The translations under genes and the position numbers were made by a program. A DNA stretch of 64,000 bases from Octopus sinensis. Its lineage: Eukaryota. Location: positions 19,530,001-19,594,000 of the forward strand of contig NC_043015.1 in NCBI RefSeq assembly GCF_006345805.1, read 5' to 3'. The notes beneath the pieces were generated by a model, which saw nothing but the letters and a program-made list of their open reading frames with translations, did not search any database and had not been told where the DNA came from. Each line of letters opens with the position of its first letter. Position 1 is the stretch's first letter. Positions 38,228 through 52,520 of this stretch are shown piece after piece.

Positions 38228-38370
38228 GTCAAAATAGGCTATAAAAGTGCCTCGAAGCTCGCATATATATATATAGGACAATCAGTAAATTGTCATAATA
38301 GAACTTAGTTTCAAATGCCGGAGCTACGAGCTTCGAGGCATTTTTATAGCCTATTTTGACGTGTGTGTGT
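37937..38370. repeat. Triplicated ~95 bp unit with an internal inverted copy
   Basis: Copies at ~37937, ~38091 and ~38277; perfect 35-bp inverted arms 38142-38176 / 38227-38261. Confidence 0.9.
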
Positions 38371-38381
38371 GTGTATGTATG

Positions 38382-38430
<49 letters not shown>

Positions 38431-39281
38431 GACTGCTTCTTTCGGTTTCCGTCGACCAAATCCTCTTACAAGGCTTTGGTCGGCCCAAGGTACTACGCAG
38501 TGGAACTGAATCCGGAAGCTTCTTAATGAAAATTAACAAAAATCAGGAGAACGAAGATTTACACATTCAAGTTTTATAACACAGCTAATCACATCGTTCT
38601 TCGTCAAGACCTACGCGCGTTTTCTCTGTAATCCAGTGCATGCTGTTAAGTGCTCATCTTGGTGTTAGTTATCGTTGCAACGTCATCAGGGTCTATTGTT
38701 ACTGTTAGTCGGGTATCATCTGAACGTCAGGTCTTGATGAAGAACGATATGTATAATAAAACTTGGATCTTTATTAATTTTTATTATATTTTCTCTACGG
38801 ACACTATTCAGTCCTTGTAAGGACATTAAGATTTACCATGTGACAATTGACCGAGTATAGTAAATGTGTGTGTGTACAAATGTGGAACGATACCAGCTCG
38901 AAATACCGTATCGTATCCAGTGATGCACAGGTGTTCTGAGAGAGACGCTGTGACGCTCAGGTCTCTTCGAGAAGTTTCTCTGAGACAAAATATTGCAGCG
39001 AGTGCCGTTCTACGTTTATAAATGTATGCACACACGAAGGTATTTTAATCAATAGTTGTTTCAAGTGCATATATCAAAAGGTAGGTAGACAGGCAGGCAG
39101 ATAGATAGATAAACACATACGTATATAACATTTTAGAGAAATGGAGTGACACTTTGTTGAGGAAACTTGATAATGTAGTCCTACAATAGATTTACCTGGA
39201 ATAAAAAGACAGGATGAAATGACTTTGAACTCGGGGCCTGCTCGATGAGGGCTGGCGTTGGTTAGACAGCAATAGCTTCTT

Positions 39282-39316
<35 letters not shown>

Positions 39317-39774
39317 GCCGCCGCTGCTACTATTGTCGACAACAGCGAATGTATTTTATTTTAGTCTCTTTGTCCTAGAAATAATATCAGCTTTATTACA
39401 CCTTCGTATTATGTTGGTGTTTGAATTGAAAATATGGTACCAATATTTCTGTCTTTATTATATTTGGGTGTGGTGCCTAACAACACCACGTCATTGTGCG
39501 ATTTTATTGCCTTTTTATTATTATTGTTGTTGTTGTTTTTGATTCATTCGTTCCTCCTACGAACTGCAATATAAAGACCTTAGATGTCGTTGTAATATTT
39601 CTGTTTCAAATAAGAAGGTAAACGATGGTCTCATATTTCAGACATACCGAAAAAATTTTTAAATAATGCGTCACTTATCTCCGAATACTGACATCTTGAT
39701 CTAGCCTTACACCTCCACAAATGCAATGTGCGTACAGGTGTGTGTTAGAAAGAGAGAGGGGTTCGGTTGTGTAC

Positions 39775-40700
39775 TATGTTGTTGATGTTTTATCTTCGGG
39801 TCAGCCCTGATCGAATAAATTCCAACTTGTAGCCGTTCTGTTCCATCTCTTTTTTTTCCGGACATTCTGTTCCCTGGACTTCATTTCTAATGTTACCTTT
39901 TACTTAAAGATGGTACCTCGTAATTTCAGAGATATTTCGCTGTAATTTCTAACAATCCAAGCGACCGTATAGTGGCTGAGTTTCATCAACCATTGGGTCT
40001 TGTAATTAAAATGAAATTTTATCAGCAGAGATCTTCTTCCTTCAAGCCACATCCACAGCTTGGTCAATAATGAGTTTCATTGGTTAACCATCAAGACACT
40101 TACCAACCGTCCAGATTCGCTGCCCATTATTCCTGAGAAGTAAAGTGATGGGAGTAAAGACCTCAGGCATCTCCCCCATCCCATATCAAAAGCAACCATC
40201 ATTACACTTTTTGATTGGATTCCCAAATGAAGATTAAGAATATTATCCAACCATCTCGTTCTTGGTTTGCTCTCCAACCTGTTAGCTTGGCTTGAAGAAT
40301 TTATCTTGAAATCCTTTCTTGAAAAGGGTTCGAAAAGTAACCATACTGAATCGTTTGTAGCGTTGCTTAACAAGAGACACGTTCGGATCTTAGATACAGG
40401 GATCCGTTCGAAAATAATGTTGCAGTCTCCGCCCAAAGCTAGTACAACCAGCAATAAACCTGCTACTTGTTATTTTGAGGCATTGGAGTGGAAACACGAA
40501 TGTTGCCTATATCATGATCAAAATAATTTATCAGACGATATTTTTATTTAAGCTATATTCAAAGCAGTCGTTGTTGAGGAGGTGAACTGAGCAACAGACA
40601 CAAATCAATTTGATTCCACTGCTTGCCACAGTAAAGAGTTGTTACTGCATTTGATAGGGTTTTGTATAAAGTAGAAAAAAGAGCGTCCATAACATTTGTA
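39775..40700 (-). mobile_element. RTE-like LINE 3' fragment
   Basis: …KPRTRWLDNI…LGIQSKSVMMVAFD..W..CLRSL matches the RTE C-terminal GRPR.RW.D pattern; (CAA)n-like tail near 39780. Confidence 0.6.
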
Positions 40701-41003
40701 GGTCAAGCAGACGAAATTGAATTGCTGTTTTACTTGTTTGGCTCTAGGTTAACCCTGACTGCGCATATTTACGTATCTGCGTGTCTATATTTATATATAT
40801 GTACATATACGAGTATGCATATGTGTCTATGATATATATAGCCGCCATCATTGACTGCTAGTTTTTTTTTTATTCGCTCTCTGTTTATTTCCCCGTGTTC
40901 CTTCCTGTTGAAGAGCTAATCTCGAAACATAAAAGACTTCTCACCTTCCCGAGCGTCAAACTATGTACACCTGTCTTCGTCTTTTGTTTTCTGTAAATTT
41001 CAG

Positions 41004-41054
<51 letters not shown>

Positions 41055-41649
41055 CACACACACACACACAAGCATACATACGTAGATATATACATATAGG
41101 CATACACCTCCTTAATCTACGTAAATTTCTGTGTGTGAATGGGTGTGAACGCACACACACACACACACACACACAGATGAATACATGTGTGAGTGTAGAC
41201 ATTCTTGGACGGTGAACGGGCGTGGTCACCGTTCACGCAGCTCTTCTTTCAGTAGTTCGTAATCCTTAACAAAGCAACAGGTCCTGGGTCGAATAACGAC
41301 TGAGACCGTGTAGTCGGTATCAGGAATGTCGTCAGGCGTTTATCGCCCTCTAGTGGGATTAGTAGGAGGTTGTCGAACTGACAGAATTGTTATCATGCCG
41401 GACAAAATGATTAGCGACGTTACGTTCTGGTTTCAAATTCTACCGAGGTCGACGAAATCAAGAAACCCCCAACCTCAACCTCCAAATTTAGGGCTTTGTG
41501 CCTTTAGAAAAGATTAATTGCACCGAGGTCAACTTAGCGTTTGATCGTTTCAGGGTCGATGAAATAAGTACCAGTTGTGTACTGGGGTTGATGAAATCGA
41601 TTCGCCCCCTTCCCCCAAAATTTCAGTACTTGTGCCTCCAGTAGAAAGG

Positions 41650-41683
<34 letters not shown>

Positions 41684-41769
41684 GTAAATCTACGTAGTGG
41701 ACATACAAACTGAGCAAATTTGATCATTTCTCCATAGATTGAAAAAAAATGGACTGCCTCTTTTACGCT

Positions 41770-42218
<449 letters not shown>

Positions 42219-42891
42219 TATTTTAATCGATTTTCATACCTTCTTGAATTGTCATCAGTAGTGTCTATCGGGGCGGCCATTCTGTTTATATATTCACCAA
42301 ATCCTGATGCTACAGAAAACTGGGGCTATTAATTTGCCTGGCATAAATGTTTAACACTTTATTTTTAAATATCAGGAGCCTGTCAGTGGGGGTCTCAGTC
42401 CTCACAGTATCACGCTATGATAAAATATATATAAACCTACTTGGTAGATATAGGAACAGGGCAAATTTAACTATTTCTCCGTAGTCTGGTAACATGAGGA
42501 ACTGCCTTAATTGAATTTTCAACTTTATTGGGTTTTCATCAGAGATGATATTATCGTTAGCGCACCGGACAGAATTCTTAGCAGCATTTCGTCCGTCTTT
42601 ACGTTTTGAATTCAAATTCCGCCGAATTCGACTTGGCCTTTTATTATTTCGGGGTCGAGAAAATAAGTACCAGTTGCGTACTGGGGTCGAGCTAATCGAC
42701 TAGTCCTCTTCCCTAAATTTCAGGCCTTGTACCAATACTTTTGCGGTGTTCCTTTATGTCGTAGAAACGTGAAACTCTGAGTAAGTTTTTGTGATATTTT
42801 TACTGCTTTTTAATAAAACATATTACTCTACCTCTGGTATTCCAGTACTATTTTCTCCACCTTATTTCGTATTTACGTGCTTACTCTGGTG

Positions 42892-42938
<47 letters not shown>

Positions 42939-42948
42939 TATATATATA

Positions 42949-42982
<34 letters not shown>

Positions 42983-43937
42983 TTAAAATGACTAATAACG
43001 AATGCCCTAGGAAACTAGAAGAGACAAGTTCTAGTCACGTGTGTAAACAATATATATATATATACTTATAAACAAATACATGTACATAGTAATGCATACA
43101 CATATAACCATACTGCACGTATACACACGCGCGCGCGCGCATTGCGGGAGACAGCTGCAACTGTTGGCTTTACAAATTTGGTTTGCACAAATTCTCACAA
43201 ACTAATACACAATACCTAATTACATTTCAAATTAGGCATTAAATCAAAGTACTGTTAACTACCAAGTGAAGGATGTTTAATTAGACGCTGTGTGGACAGC
43301 TTTCTGTCTGGCTGCCTTCGTGACCGGGTTTCGATTCTCGTTTGGATACTGTTGTCATTTATTTTACTTAATTATCTTTTACTTGTTTCGGTCATTGGAC
43401 TGTGACCGCCTTGACGGATTTGGTCGGACAAATCGACCCCAGGATTTATTCTTTGTAAGCCTAGTAATTATTCTATCGGTCTCTTTTGCTGAAACGCTAA
43501 GTTACGGGGATGTAAACAAACCAGCATATGTATAAAATTTGGAATTGTTGCAATAATGATCAAAGCAAACAATAATATTTTGAAGTCGTTTCCTACGTAC
43601 GTTTCAGATCTGCGTAACACGTAGTAAGGAATGTATCCGTTACCTAAGACTTTCTTCACTTGTGCACCGCTTCTTAGCGTAACACGAAATATATGTACGG
43701 AGCAACTAATTCAGGAGAAAATATTTCCGAAGATATTACTGACTCTGTTATTATCTAGTGTAATAATTAAAAATGATAACAACAGAATCAATAATATAGG
43801 CGATTGCTCGCAGACGGTTGATTTCTGTAGTTATTATCAGTGTTTTTACGGCGATTTAAATAAGTTTTGACTGTTATTTCCAGCAGGTAGACATACTTAA
43901 TATGCCCTTGGATTCATTTTAATCCTTCAGCTATACA

Positions 43938-44009
<72 letters not shown>

Positions 44010-44010
<1 letters not shown>

Positions 44011-44209
44011 TTTTCTTTCGCTTGTTTCAATCATTTGACTGCGACCATGCTGGAGCACAACTTTAAAGGGTGTTAGTCGAAGAAATCGACCCCTGGACTT
44101 ATTCTTTGTAAGCCTGGTACTCATTCTATCGGTTTCTTTTGCCGGGCCGCTAAGTTACGGGGACATAAACACACCGCCATTGATTGTCAAGCGATGGCGG
44201 TGGGGACAG

Positions 44210-44285
<76 letters not shown>

Positions 44286-44432
44286 GACAGGCTTCTTTCA
44301 GTTTCCATCTACCAAATCCACTCAGAAAGCTTTGGTTGGCCTGAGGAGGCTATAGTAGACATTTTTCCTAAAGTGCCACGCAGTGGGACTAAACATGGGA
44401 CCATGTGGTTGGTGAGCAAGCTACTTACCACC
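44010..44432 (-). mobile_element. SINE family A, full length; partial tail at ~43375-43525
   Basis: Direct comparison with other copies. Confidence 0.85.
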
Positions 44433-44984
44433 TGTAACCTATACATAAATCGTAACCACCACTGATTACCAAAATAGCCCTTTGTCTGTCCAAAACATTT
44501 TCATCGGTTGGTCTTGAATGTCGATGCTTGTTTTCAAACTTAAACCCTTCTTAACTTTTTGTTTCATACTTTCTGATTAATATAAAGCTTTCGTTTCCTA
44601 TGTCCCAAGTAACCCTGGTGGTTCAGAAAAATTGGGGATATGAATCATATGCGACTCATGGGTACCCAGGAAATAGGTCCCGTGTACAATGTGTGATACG
44701 CGGGACCTATTTCTTTTGCCACATGTGATACAGAGGACAGGTAAAGTTAAGGAATGCCTTGAAATGGGGCCTAAACTTCCATCTGGTCTGATCTTAATTC
44801 TAACTTTTCACTGGCCTGTTAATCGTAGTAAAACTTACCCCATCGCCACGCTGCTCCATTACTAGTTACATACCAGTTGTATATTTAGGGCCGATCTAAT
44901 CAATTACATTATGACCATCCTGTATAAATTTTGACTAAGTAACTATGTTAAACATGGATGTTCAGGTATTCTTTCTACAAAAGG

Positions 44985-45185
44985 CACAAAGTCTGAAATT
45001 TTATCGGAGAGGGATTGCCAATTACATCGACCCCATTGCTCAACTGGTACATAGTTTAATGACCCCCGAAAGCGTGAAAGGCAAAATCGACTTGGGCGGA
45101 ATTTGAACTCAGAACGTCAAGAGCCTAAATAAATATTTCGTATTTTTTGTCTCGTTTGCTGACGATTCTGTTTACTCACCGCATT
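44985..45185 (-). mobile_element. SINE family B
   Basis: gaaaggcaaaatcgacttgggcggaatttgaactcagaac core in reverse orientation. Confidence 0.75.
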
Positions 45186-45456
45186 TGATCGTCGTCTAAC
45201 ATTACAATCTGTAATCGAAACCGGATCGCAGTATCGGCTCGTAGGCGTGCCTAATACCCTCAACTCTGTGATATTAGTTTCTTGAACATTGTGGGGTTTG
45301 TAGATGACAACATGGGCACAGTTACGGAAGGGAGTGTGTAGGGATGGTGAGATGGTCTCAAAGTCTCTGAATTGCAGAGGTGGGTGAAATATGTTAGTGG
45401 GACATTCAAAACCTTTCTTTAGTAGGGCGTGAGAGAAGTCAACTGAAATCATCCTA

Positions 45457-45487
<31 letters not shown>

Positions 45488-46118
45488 GTCTCTCTCCCCT
45501 CCATATATATGTGTGGGTGTGTGTGTTTAAAGAAAAACAGGTCGCAGCTTTAACTGGCAAGAGTTTACTTCTAATTCTATGGTGTTCGTCAAATGTCTTA
45601 CATATAAAACAACCAGAAAGAGAGAGAGAGAGAAAGGAATGAGAGAATGGGAGGAAGAGAAAGAGGGAGATTTTTTGTTTGCGATTTTATGAGGATTGGT
45701 TTGTAAACTCACCGGACAACTACTCTGAGATTTTTTTTTTTCATTTATTTTCTTTTTTTCTAAAAAGATTTGACTATTTTACACCCCCAAAATGAATGAA
45801 TTATTGAACAATTTGATATATATATATAATGGCGGTGCCCCAGCATGGCCACAGCTCGTGAGCTGAAACTAGATAAAATAAAATTTAAAAAATAAAAAGA
45901 AAATCGTTGCTATTATATTAATTATTAAAAATTTGGCCAAATGCGTTTTTTTTTTCAATATCTATTTTTGCTTGCAATAGCCGGTTGTTTTGGTCAAACT
46001 ATCGTATCTCCTGCTGCTTTCCCAAAGTGCCGTGTTATGTCACCAAACATGGGATCATATACGCACACATACACACACACGTGTTTGTGTGTGTGTGAAT
46101 AGATATTAGAGAATTTCT

Positions 46119-46508
46119 CGAGTGGCTGTGTGGTACGAAGCTTGCTTCCCAAACACATGGTTCCGGGTTCAGTCCCACTTCGTGGCACCTTGGGCAAGTA
46201 TCTTCTGCTATAGCCTCAGGCCGTCCAAAGCCTTGTGAGTGGATTTGGTAGATGGAAACTGATAAAAGCCCGTCATATGTGTGTGTGTGCCCGCGTGGCG
46301 CGTCCGTGTTTATGTATGTCTGTTTGTCCCCCCATCATCGCTTGACAACCGATGTTGGTGTGTTTACGTCCCTGTAACTTAGCGGTTCGGCAAAAGACAC
46401 CGATAGCATAAGTACTAGGCTTACAAAGAATGAGTCCTGGGGCCGATTTGTTCGACTAAATGCGGTGCTCGAGCATGGCCGCAGTCAAATGACTGAAACA
46501 AATAAAAG
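46119..46508 (+). mobile_element. SINE family A, full length
   Basis: Head, short microsatellite and tail. Confidence 0.9.
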
Positions 46509-46806
46509 AATATCTCACGGAATCGACCAGACTATCGGCCATTGTCATACCCCGCTGGTTACAATACGCTTCGGATTGTATTAGCTTTCGAATGATGCCA
46601 CACCCCACGCTTGACGGCCGGGCTTACATTTCCTCTTGAAGTGATCGCCAGGGTTGTCCCTACTTATTGTTGAGTGGACGGTATCCTAACCACTATGCCA
46701 CAGCGCTTTCACACTCACTCACACACACTCGCTCACTCACTCAATCACACACACACTCACTCACTCTTTTCTATCTCATTTACACACACATATACGCTCT
46801 TTCTCT

Positions 46807-46880
<74 letters not shown>

Positions 46881-47705
46881 TGCACGCACAGTCTCTCACA
46901 CACACACGCACGGCTCACTGATACACAAGTCTCTTCCGCAATTTTTTCCCAGACCAAATCAGTTGTGACCCCAACTATAGCGTAGAAGCTTCTTGTATGA
47001 AAAGACCTAAAGTTTTGTTATCTCGTTTTTGTTTTGTTTTGTTTTTTGTCCTGAATCATTAAAAATGTTCTGTCTTTCACAAACCGCAATCATCACCATA
47101 GTTACTCCATCCATCTTCAACCATCCATTCAACCAGCTTTTCACTTGTGCTTTTCATTCATTCATATAAAAACAGGTCTATGAACAACTAATGATTTACA
47201 TTCAGAGCGTCCCTTGGCCCTGAAAGTCGATCTTTAATATTTGATATGTTAATGTTAACATATTTAATAAATAGACTATTAAAAGACAGCAAGAAATAAT
47301 AAATTATTCGGTGAGTTTAATGAAAGATCGAACGGAAATCGATCAAATTGCAAAATTCGTGTGATTTTGACATTTCTTAAATCGGTGCAAGGGTACATAT
47401 TTCAGATCAGAAAGAGAAAAGTTGTGTACATATGAAGTTCTGAATGGACCTCCATGGTATGAGTGTTATTCGTTGGTACTCATTTCATTGACCCCAGGAA
47501 AGCTACCCTAAGAAAGAAGGGAAACAAGATTTGGAACTTAGCGTGAAGAAGTAGGAAAGTGAATACCACTAAGCATTTAGTCCGGCGCTCAACCGATTCT
47601 CACATTTATGAGAGAGAGAGGGGGGAGAGAGAGATGTACATACGTATGCACGCGCAAGAGCGCTCAATATTGCTTGTAGAGAATACAGCGATTTGTTTTT
47701 ATTAA

Positions 47706-47742
47706 ACTGACTCGAGTTTCATGCCACAGCGATCTTCAGGTG
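47706..47742 (-). ncRNA. Degenerate hammerhead-like motif with palindromic helix III
   Basis: Minus strand: CAC-CTGAAGA-TCGCTGTGGCAT-GAAAC-TCGA-GTC; ACTCGAGT palindrome at 47710-47717, GUC site; stem I and stem II are weak. Confidence 0.45.
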
Positions 47743-48362
47743 ATGAGGTGCATTTACAAAGCTACATCTCTTTCAAATAAATCAGTGCCTTCTTTGAACA
47801 AGGACACCTTGGATATTACTAAGACTGCAGCGTTAGATTTGAAAATAAAAGATGGGATGGTCAGGAATGGAACGCTTTGGATCATAATTCTGCTTAGGAC
47901 TGAACTAGGAGAAAACAACAACGGCAAAAACATCAAAAATAATCATAAAAAAGAAGGCGTCCGTGAAATGACACCCGCAAACCCCTCAAACATTCTTTAC
48001 TGCATTTAGTTTTATCTTTATCATTTCTTACCAAACTATGTACATCGATTGTGTTAAGAAGTTAGCAGGGTTCAAACTCACTGCGCAATACGATGGACAA
48101 GTTTTGTCATTTTTGTGTGGAGGGGGTTCCGTTTTTCTTTCTTCATTCGCAAAGCATTGCTCAGAACAACGCAGTAGTAAGAACTATAGCTGTAAATGGA
48201 CGATAACAGGGTGGGTGCTTACCCTGTATGTATGTCTGTCTGTCTTTGTCTCTATCTGTCTGTCTGTCTCTATCTGTCTGCCTATGTGTGCATGTATTCA
48301 TTTACGTATTCAATCAATCAATCCCCCCCCCACACACACACACACACACACACATACGAACG

Positions 48363-48530
48363 AACGAAGGGCGTTTCAAAAGGTTTAAGACCAACATACC
48401 TAGTGACATGTCAAAAGGAAAAAAAAGTATTTTTCATTTTACTTCTCAACTGCATATTTTTTATTGTTCACGAAAGTCGCCGTTTCATCTCGAAGCATTT
48501 TTCGTATTGTTTGCACAGTTGTTCAGTGCA
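48363..48530 (-). mobile_element. mariner terminal fragment
   Basis: TIR-like acgaagggcgtttcaaaaggttt; minus-strand YEKCFEMKR resembles the mariner C-terminus. Confidence 0.5.
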
Positions 48531-48886
48531 GTTTCCGTCTACTAAATTCACTTTCAATGCATTTGGTCGACCTATAATACTTGTCCAAAGTATCACGCCA
48601 GTAAACTGAACCCGAAATCACGTGATTGTGAAACAAACTTTTCACCCACGCAGCTATACTTAATAATATATACATATTTACATATATATATATATATATA
48701 TATATGAAAAATGTCTGGTAAATATACATACGACAAAACAAAACTGAATATTAACAACTGGTTGATAACTGGTTGATAATGAGCGATCTTCTGTGTTTGT
48801 CACCCGTCCGGTTTTACACTCAGTATACGTTATGTCGCAACTTTATTTACCATATTTCTTTTAAGTAATGGAACGCAACATACACC

Positions 48887-48945
<59 letters not shown>

Positions 48946-49668
48946 AATGGAACATAAACGCAATAGTGGCAGACTTAGAAGAAAGAGTAAGTCACCCCTT
49001 CAACTCGTAGAGTGGGTTGGCACCTTGGACAAGTGCTACATCCCCTTAGCCTTCTGTGTCAGGGTTACAGTGAAGACATCGACAGCAGGACGTTGGATAA
49101 CTGACAAAGCAGAGGAGAGTCCTAGACCAATGGGTTGAAGATTATTGTGGCCAAGTGGGAGATCTGTACCATCAGACAACGGTTGAACGTCAACTAGAGA
49201 CTGAGCTGCTATTGCGTGGCAACCTCATCGTCGGCCATGCTCATTGCACTCTTGTACACTATTTTGGCGCCTGGCATTGAGGTCAAGAAAGGCAGACTGG
49301 TGGTGGGGATGACACCAACTGCCTTGCTCACCGTCCAAAGACGTTTCGTTCTGAGAAGTTCTGAACAGAACAGTGAACGTCCAACATGGCTTCTAGATTT
49401 TGGGTTTCAATTAGTTCATTCAGTCACCTGGTACTAATGTTGTAGAAGCCACACCAGTTCTTTACTTTCTTCTTAGAGTCACATGCAATCACATCATGTA
49501 CATACACACGCACATGCGTGACTTTTGAGTTTTGCGAGAGAAGGAATACTTTATATATTTTCTGTAGTTTATTTGTCACTTTGTATTAAGAATCGTTGTT
49601 GTTGGCGTAAGAGTTACATCGGACACAAAACTCTGAGTTGCAGCAGAGGGAGTCCCCATCTTCGCACT

Positions 49669-49708
<40 letters not shown>

Positions 49709-50568
49709 GGCGAAAGATATACTACAACATATCAGTAAGAATCTTGATAAACCGGTTGTCGAACAAAAATTACATCGCGCTATATATTCCGCCTGAATTA
49801 TCGCTGCTGCTATCTTTAACACAACAAACCAGGAACATTGGATCATTAGAGACCTTCAACCATCGATAACAATGTTTACGCAAAGCATAATATAAAATAT
49901 TTAATAAAAGCATTATACTAAAAACATTATATAAAATAGTTAAGAGGCCATTTTGTTTGTGAAGTATATATGTGTGAGCCACTAAATTATTCCGTGTCAT
50001 TAAGAGATAGATAGATAGATAGATGGATGGATGGATGGATGGATGGATGGATATTGAATAGATTCACAACGTTTGTTTCATTAACAAAATAAGAGCTAAA
50101 TGCAATATGTTAAAAGCCCTAGAGGTATAATCATTTTATCTTTTGCAAGTTTTCGTCATTAGACTGTGGCCACGCTGGTGCATCGCTGTGCAGGGTTTTA
50201 GTGGAATCACTCTTTCCTTATACTTTTAAGTTTGATACTTCAGTCGCTATTTCTAGCAGATCAAGTGCCCACGTGTAGCTACTTCTTTTTTAACTAAACT
50301 GTATGTTTAGAATATAGAAAAGTGTCCATTGAAAGATATTCTGTCTGACAACTACAGTCGTTATGCTTGCAAATATAATGATATGAGTAGAGCCGATAGA
50401 ATATTCGTTTTATCTACTTCGGAATAATGAAGGACGGAGATGTTCAAGTAACGGACAAGATGCCTTACTAAGTTAAATTCGGAACTATGTCTTGCTGATG
50501 TCTCTTTCATATTGAAGTAGAAACATGTCTAAAGTTATTTAATAATGAGACTGCCATTATCAATAATC

Positions 50569-50695
<127 letters not shown>

Positions 50696-51075
50696 AGGCG
50701 GCGAGCTAGCAGAATCGTTAGCATACCGGGTGAAATGCTTTGCAGTATTTCGCCTGTCTCTACATTCTGAGTTCAAATTCCGCCGAGGTCGACTTTGCTT
50801 TTCATCCTTTCGAGGTCGATTAAATAAGTATCAGTTACGCACTGGGGTCGATATAATCGACTTAATCCGTGTGTCTGTCCTTGTTTGTCCTCTCTTGTGG
50901 GTAGTAAAGAAATAGAAATAGGTATTTCGCCTGTCTCTACATTCTGACTTGAAATTCCGCTAAGGTCGACTTTGTCGTACATCCTTTTGGGGTTGATAAA
51001 ATAAGTACCAGTTTCGCACTGAGGTCGATGTAATCGACTTAATCCCTCCCCCAAAATTGCTGCCCTTGTGGAAAA
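50696..51075 (+). mobile_element. SINE family B with tandemly duplicated body
   Basis: After the first tail the block gtatttcgcctgtctctacattctga… repeats exactly (~50743 and ~50922). Confidence 0.85.
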
Positions 51076-51244
51076 ATTTGAAATTATTATTATTGTGAGA
51101 CCCCATTCGCAAACTATGGGTCAACTCGAGCCTGTGGTAAAAGAAGGACCTTGCCTAAGAAATCGAGCAGGGTCCACGTAATTTCGAAGCTAACGTCTTA
51201 ACGACACACCCACCACAACTGCACCCACGCTCTTTTGTATTCTT

Positions 51245-51446
51245 GTATTTGTTTCAGTCATTTGACTGCGGCCATGCTGGAGCACCGCCTTTAGTCGAGC
51301 AAATCTACCCCAGGAATTATTCTTTGTAAGCCTAGTACTTATTTTATCGGAATCTTTGGCCGAACCACTAAATTATGGGGACGTAAACACACCAACATCG
51401 GTTGTCAAGCGATGACGGGGGACAAACACACACATGTACACACATA

Positions 51447-51486
<40 letters not shown>

Positions 51487-51650
51487 TATACGATGGCCTT
51501 TCAGTTTCTGCCTGCCAAATCCACTGACAAGGCTTTGGTCGGCCCGAGGTTATAGTAGACGCTTGCCCAAGGTGCCACGCAATGGGGCTGAACACAGAAC
51601 CATGGTGGTTGGTAAGCAAGCTACTTACCACACGCCCACACCTGCGCCTA
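51245..51650 (-). mobile_element. SINE family A, full length
   Basis: Direct comparison with other copies. Confidence 0.9.
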
Positions 51651-52282
51651 TATACATAAAAAGATATATATTTATCATTGCCGTTGCTATAGTTATTTTT
51701 ATGCCCTCGTACACAAATATTACCATAAGGTTAACCTTGATGACACAGGACACCTGAATATTTTCCCCGAAACTATCACTAACACACATTTCATCTGTCT
51801 CGATTATATCAGATTACTCAGGCATATATGTCACCATCTCGGTCAAATTTCTCACTATAAAACTGTCATCATTAACTAAGTTTGTTCCACTAATCTGATT
51901 TAATGTTCAGATATTGTGATAATCGCAAGCTGTAGGCCCAGGGGGGGGTGGCTGTTAATTTCACCGGTTCGCTTCAAAGATCTGATCTTTTCACATCTCT
52001 CTATTTTCCAAAATTCCAAATTAACAGATTTTATCTGTTATTTTCCTTCTTTGTGATTTATTAATTTTAAACACGCCTACATGTAGATTTGTCTGTTAAT
52101 TACGCGGATAATCTCGGTTAATCGAAGTTTTGGGTGGGTGGAGGCGTTTAACTCACGGTATAAACAGATCTTACTAGTATTTTCTCCCTTGTTTATAAAT
52201 TTTAAACACACACAGCGGAGTTTTCCTCTATTAATTACAAGGATAATCACACTCAAAGATTTTATCTGACGGTATTACATAT

Positions 52283-52520
52283 GCGGTGAGCTGGCAGAAT
52301 CGTAAGTACGACGGACAATATGCTTAGCGGTATTTCGTCTGCCGTTACGTTCTGAGTTCAAATTCCGCCGAGGTCAACTTTGCCTTTCATCCTTTCGGGG
52401 TCGATAAATTAAGTACCAGTTACGCACTGGGGTCGATGTAATCGACTTAATCCGTTTGTCTGTCCTTGTTTGTCCCCTCTATGTTTAGCCCCTTGTGGGT
52501 AGAAAAGAAACAGGTATTAC
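52283..52520 (+). mobile_element. SINE family B, full length, with flanking duplication
   Basis: Direct repeat GGTATTACATATGC at 52271-52284 and 52513-52526 (TSD plus microhomology), consistent with target-primed insertion. Confidence 0.92.

Noticed and set aside
38722-38737. GATGAAGAACG resembling the conserved 5.8S rRNA motif
   Set aside because: Only 11 nt, part of an inverted repeat, with no surrounding rRNA similarity.
42505-42545. CTGATGA…GAAA spacing on the minus strand (also 30380, 52576, 61850)
   Set aside because: Stems of 3 bp or less, or missing core bases; at chance level in AT-rich DNA.
47740-48009. 89-aa ORF (also 45117-45560 and 56246-56503) as host exons
   Set aside because: No filamin Ig-repeat or CH2 motifs and no convincing splice pairs.
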